Origin: Candidatus Oxydemutatoraceae bacterium
GTDB taxonomy: Bacteria > Pseudomonadota > Gammaproteobacteria > Poriferisulfidales > Oxydemutatoraceae
NCBI GenBank assembly: GCA_965219575.1
Contig: OZ244779.1
Coordinates: forward strand, 2,220,769 to 2,284,768
DNA: 64,000 bases
Direction: 5' to 3'
Positions 60,813 through 64,000 of this stretch are shown one piece after another. A program made the position numbers and the translations under genes. Under the pieces are notes generated by a model. It did not search any database, was not told the origin of the DNA, and saw only the letters and a list, made by a program, of their open reading frames with translations. Numbering within the stretch: position 1 is the first letter of the stretch; every line of letters starts with the position of its first letter.

Positions 60813-60897
60813 GTTTTTTAATCGTTCGTCGGTTATATAGGTCGTTTGGTACCGAATGTGTTGCCATATGTAACCGACAGATTAAACTTGGATCGCT

Positions 60898-61821
60898 ATG
60901 AAAGCGATAGAACGACAAACCGCAACGCGTGGATTCACATTAATAGAACTATTGCTGACATTGGCACTCGGTGCCTTTGTCGTTGCAACCTCCATCGCGT
61001 TATATCAATACATCAAAGATGCCTATATAGACAGCGGCAAACGACTATCGGCAACCGAAAAGCTGATTGTATCGCAACGTATATTCAAGGAGGCCTTAGC
61101 GGGTTCTATTGAAAGTTGCAACACCGCACCGGTTCGGCAGAGCTTGGTTAATAGTTCGCAAGTCTGGCTACAAGCGAGAAAATCGGTAGCGGAAGTGTAC
61201 CCTGCACACAGCACTATCGGAGGCTTAAAAAAGATCGGCAATCGCATCGGCGAACGCGAAGCCACCGGCGATGTATTGTTATTGCGCCCTGCGGTATTAC
61301 CCGCTACTCCGATTGTGCAACACGATGTAGAAAACGATAAATTTGTTGTCCGCAACAGTATCGGTTTGACCCGCGGCGGGCTGGCGGTTGTTTGTGATGA
61401 CAACGCTACCGTCATTTTTCAAGTCGCTTATACCACCGGTCGCCACATACACTATGCAGGGAGCGGCATTGCTCCCGGCAACTGTTCGGGTGCATTCACC
61501 TCCGAGCAATGCGGTGGCAATTATCGCTTTAATAAGAATGCGTTGTTGGCACACTACGCACCGTCGCTCTTTTATGTTGCGCAAGGTCACGCAGGGTTGG
61601 CACTGTATCAACAAAAGCCGATCATTTTTCGCCAAAATCATAATCGTCGTTTATCAATCCGCGCACGGGAACTCGTCTCGGGTGTCGTACAACTGCAAGC
61701 CACAACGAACCGTACGGATGCCGGCAACAGTAGCGAACTGGTTGTGCAACTCACGGTTGTAGGCGATGCCAATACAAACCACCGATATCATGAGAAACAC
61801 CTATATACCCTACCGCTTTAG
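60898..61821 (+). CDS. Type IV minor pilin, PilW-like
   Basis: RGFTLIELL prepilin site; C-terminal ELVSGV. Confidence 0.75.
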   Translation: MKAIERQTATRGFTLIELLLTLALGAFVVATSIALYQYIKDAYIDSGKRLSATEKLIVSQRIFKEALAGSIESCNTAPVRQSLVNSSQVWLQARKSVAEVYPAHSTIGGLKKIGNRIGEREATGDVLLLRPAVLPATPIVQHDVENDKFVVRNSIGLTRGGLAVVCDDNATVIFQVAYTTGRHIHYAGSGIAPGNCSGAFTSEQCGGNYRFNKNALLAHYAPSLFYVAQGHAGLALYQQKPIIFRQNHNRRLSIRARELVSGVVQLQATTNRTDAGNSSELVVQLTVVGDANTNHRYHEKHLYTLPL

Positions 61822-62380
61822 AAGACAAAACCGCGGTGCGATCTTAGTGCTGATGTTGGTGTTGGCAGGGCTAATCGGTTTGTTGGCAACGGGTAATCTT
61901 GAGCGTAGCAAACAACGCACCCTGCTAAACGATGCGATGGCAATCCGCGCCCGAGCCGACGCGGTGTTGATGCACACCCTGCAACAAGGGCTTGTCCATA
62001 TAAACGAGCGACTAAGAAGAGAAGATTTTAATGCTACACAACGCGGCTTGTACGAAACCGTGATGCCCGAGCGGTTTGAAAGCGATTATCGCCGCTTTGC
62101 CCGTCCGCTACCGAGTCCAATTTCGGGTATGGATACCGGTTATTGGATAGAGTTATTTTCCGAAGGTGCTTTCGTTCAAACTGCGCCGAGTAAATTCTAT
62201 TTAAGTTGCAGGCTGTTGATTAGTACTTATGCACAAAGCCCCGATATGCCTGCGTTATTTTCACAAGCACTCGTTGAAACTACGCTACCCACTTTAAGTG
62301 TGCCGACGACCGATACGAATGTAATAACACTGGGCACTTTGCCCGAGACCAAAGTCATTGCAACTAGAACCTTCAATTAA
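61790..62380 (+). CDS. Type IV minor pilin, PilX-like
   Basis: QNRGAILVLML: class III signal lacking E5, typical of PilX/GspK. Confidence 0.7.
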   Translation: MRNTYIPYRFRRQNRGAILVLMLVLAGLIGLLATGNLERSKQRTLLNDAMAIRARADAVLMHTLQQGLVHINERLRREDFNATQRGLYETVMPERFESDYRRFARPLPSPISGMDTGYWIELFSEGAFVQTAPSKFYLSCRLLISTYAQSPDMPALFSQALVETTLPTLSVPTTDTNVITLGTLPETKVIATRTFN

Positions 62381-62390
62381 AGTGGTCGGC

Positions 62391-62771
62391 ATGATGCAAA
62401 GAGGATTTACCCTATTAGAGCTCATCGTGGCAATTGCGATTGTCGGGTTGTTGCTTACGATTGCACTGCCCAACTATCATCGTCACGGTGAGAAACTTGC
62501 CATGATCGATGCCAAACATAAGCTATTGGAGATAATGCACTTGGAAAATAGATATTTCTCCGAACACACCACCTACACCGTCGGCATCACATCGGACTTG
62601 GGTGTGGGAAGCCTCGTCTCCGACAGAGGGGATTATCGAATTGTTGCAAATGCCTGCGGTGTCGGGATACATCGATGCGTAGAACTCAGAGCCATTGCGA
62701 TAAAGGGAGACAAGCCGGAGTTGGTGATAGACTCTTTAGGCAACAAACACCCGAAGGCTTTATGGAAATAA
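62391..62771 (+). CDS. Type IV minor pilin, PilE-like
   Basis: QRGFTLLELIVAIAIVG, ALPNY, E.RYF....TY, L.IDS.G. Confidence 0.85.
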   Translation: MMQRGFTLLELIVAIAIVGLLLTIALPNYHRHGEKLAMIDAKHKLLEIMHLENRYFSEHTTYTVGITSDLGVGSLVSDRGDYRIVANACGVGIHRCVELRAIAIKGDKPELVIDSLGNKHPKALWK

Positions 62772-62820
62772 CGATATTAACTTCGGCGGGACTTATGATT
62801 TATTTCGATAAGTATAGAAG

Positions 62821-63028
62821 GGGGGGCTGTTGAAAAAGTACGGGCGTTGCTCAAACCCAATCGCTGTGCGCCATGAACATTTACCGCCGTAGGGGCGGAC
62901 TTGCATGTCCGCCCGTAACGCGTTATGCATGAACTATTTATACATTCATTCACGCGATTTATGGAAACCAAAACCATACGGCACAAGCGGTTGCAATTTT
63001 GCAAAAACAGTACTTTTTCAACAGCCCC
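62821..63028. mobile_element. Single ~205-bp MITE-like unit (cleanest copy of the family)
   Basis: GGGGCTGTTGAAAAAGTAC...GTACTTTTTCAACAGCCCC perfect TIR; sub-terminal IRs; central GTAG-REP. Confidence 0.75.
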
Positions 63029-63133
63029 CGTAAGTGTCTGCACAAGTGTGGTATTGGTCTATTCTATCTCTACAGCAGGGAAATGTTGCTCCATGCTGAT
63101 ATAATGGTGGACTATATTAAAAATTATGGTGCG

Positions 63134-63658
63134 ATGAAATACTTGAGACACTATCTAATCCATGCCGGTTTGTGTTTACTGCTCGTTTGCTCGGCGAATG
63201 TGACCTCTGCACAAGTTATAGCTAGCCTAGAAAAAGGATCAATCACTGATACCCCAACGACCCGTACAATAACTTTCAACATCAACTTAAGCGAGCAACT
63301 TAAGGTTAACGAAGCAGCCTTCGTTCAAATTCGACTTGACAATGTTCTTGAAGGTGAAATCGCTAGTGCAAGTGCTGAAAGTTATATGGTCACTGGCTGT
63401 GTACGTTTTTCGTTTAGCTTTCCCAGATACAATTTATGCATGGATGACGGTGAAAAAAATGTGACCCTACAATTAATATTGAATAATTCTTTTGATAGGC
63501 GTAAAACTATAACAGTTTCTCTCGAGACTTTTTCTCCTTTCGGCAATAGGCCGATTGCCGAAGGCGTCCGACGGGATCCTATCAACTCTGTTTTACGTTA
63601 CCCCGGCACGGCTATTTTCATCCGTAGCAAGGTTTTTCTGGAGGGTCCGCTCCAATAG
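63134..63658 (+). CDS. Secreted beta-rich protein ending in KVFLEGPLQ
   Basis: Signal peptide MKYLRHYLIHAGLCLLLVCSANVTSA; C-terminus IFIRSKVFLEGPLQ*. Confidence 0.75.
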   Translation: MKYLRHYLIHAGLCLLLVCSANVTSAQVIASLEKGSITDTPTTRTITFNINLSEQLKVNEAAFVQIRLDNVLEGEIASASAESYMVTGCVRFSFSFPRYNLCMDDGEKNVTLQLILNNSFDRRKTITVSLETFSPFGNRPIAEGVRRDPINSVLRYPGTAIFIRSKVFLEGPLQ

Positions 63659-63671
63659 AACCGCCGAACTG

Positions 63672-64000
63672 TTAAATTGTGCGTTTTGTGACAAATCGGC
63701 TCAGCATAACGAGCGAGTCTTTATAAGGAGATGGGGATATCGATTCTAGGTTTCGGTAGGCTTGTTCGGCATAATGTTGTGCTTGATTTTGGACATATGC
63801 GAGTGCGCCGATTGTCTCGAGTAATTCGCGCACTTCTGCAACCGCCTCGCCGTTGCACAGGGTTGATTCGAAAAACCTGATTTGAGAGGCATTGCCGTTT
63901 TCAAATGCGTATATCAACGGCAGTGTGAGTTTTCCTTCGGCTAAATCCTGTCCCCAGTTTTTATTGTTATCTTGGTTATAGTCTATGAGATCGTCCACCA
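63672..64000 (-). CDS. ispB: Polyprenyl (octaprenyl) diphosphate synthase, 3' part
   Basis: DDLIDY, DLAEGKLTLPLI, A...L..I..SPYK.SL..L..F...R. Confidence 0.85.
   Translation of the reverse strand, partial: VDDLIDYNQDNNKNWGQDLAEGKLTLPLIYAFENGNASQIRFFESTLCNGEAVAEVRELLETIGALAYVQNQAQHYAEQAYRNLESISPSPYKDSLVMLSRFVTKRTI

Overview
Chromosomal window of a Gammaproteobacterium, probably host-associated (inferred from gene content). Housekeeping blocks: argG/pyrC/rnt/lptCAB; ftsH-glmM-tpiA-secG-tRNA-Leu; zapB-like/zapA/6S RNA; pepP-ubiH-ubiI; coaD-fdx-ggt; rsmI-lpoA-yraN; ispB. They are separated by about 14 copies of a modular palindromic repeat family (MITE-like terminal inverted repeats around GTAG-REP hairpins). 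Accessory content: tungstate ABC transporter, MtdA, a histone H1-like protein, a rearranged partial T2SS (C-D-A-B...E), a partial T3SS (SctC/SctD, chaperones, SctE, a duplicated tip/filament gene, a candidate effector), an Rpn nuclease, an orphan DNA methyltransferase and four small membrane-anchored coiled-coil paralogues. The best candidate for a new system is a putative modular surface-display machine. It comprises a dedicated rhombosortase, a ~1470-aa GlyGly-CTERM-anchored protein with a cohesin-like N-terminal domain, a secreted dockerin-bearing 'adaptor' that lacks the first beta-strand (KVFLEGP) of its domain, and, 37 kb away, a secreted protein ending in exactly that strand (...RSKVFLEGPLQ-stop). 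This suggests donor-strand complementation as a C-terminal docking tag. All family calls are motif recognition from memory; no searches were run.
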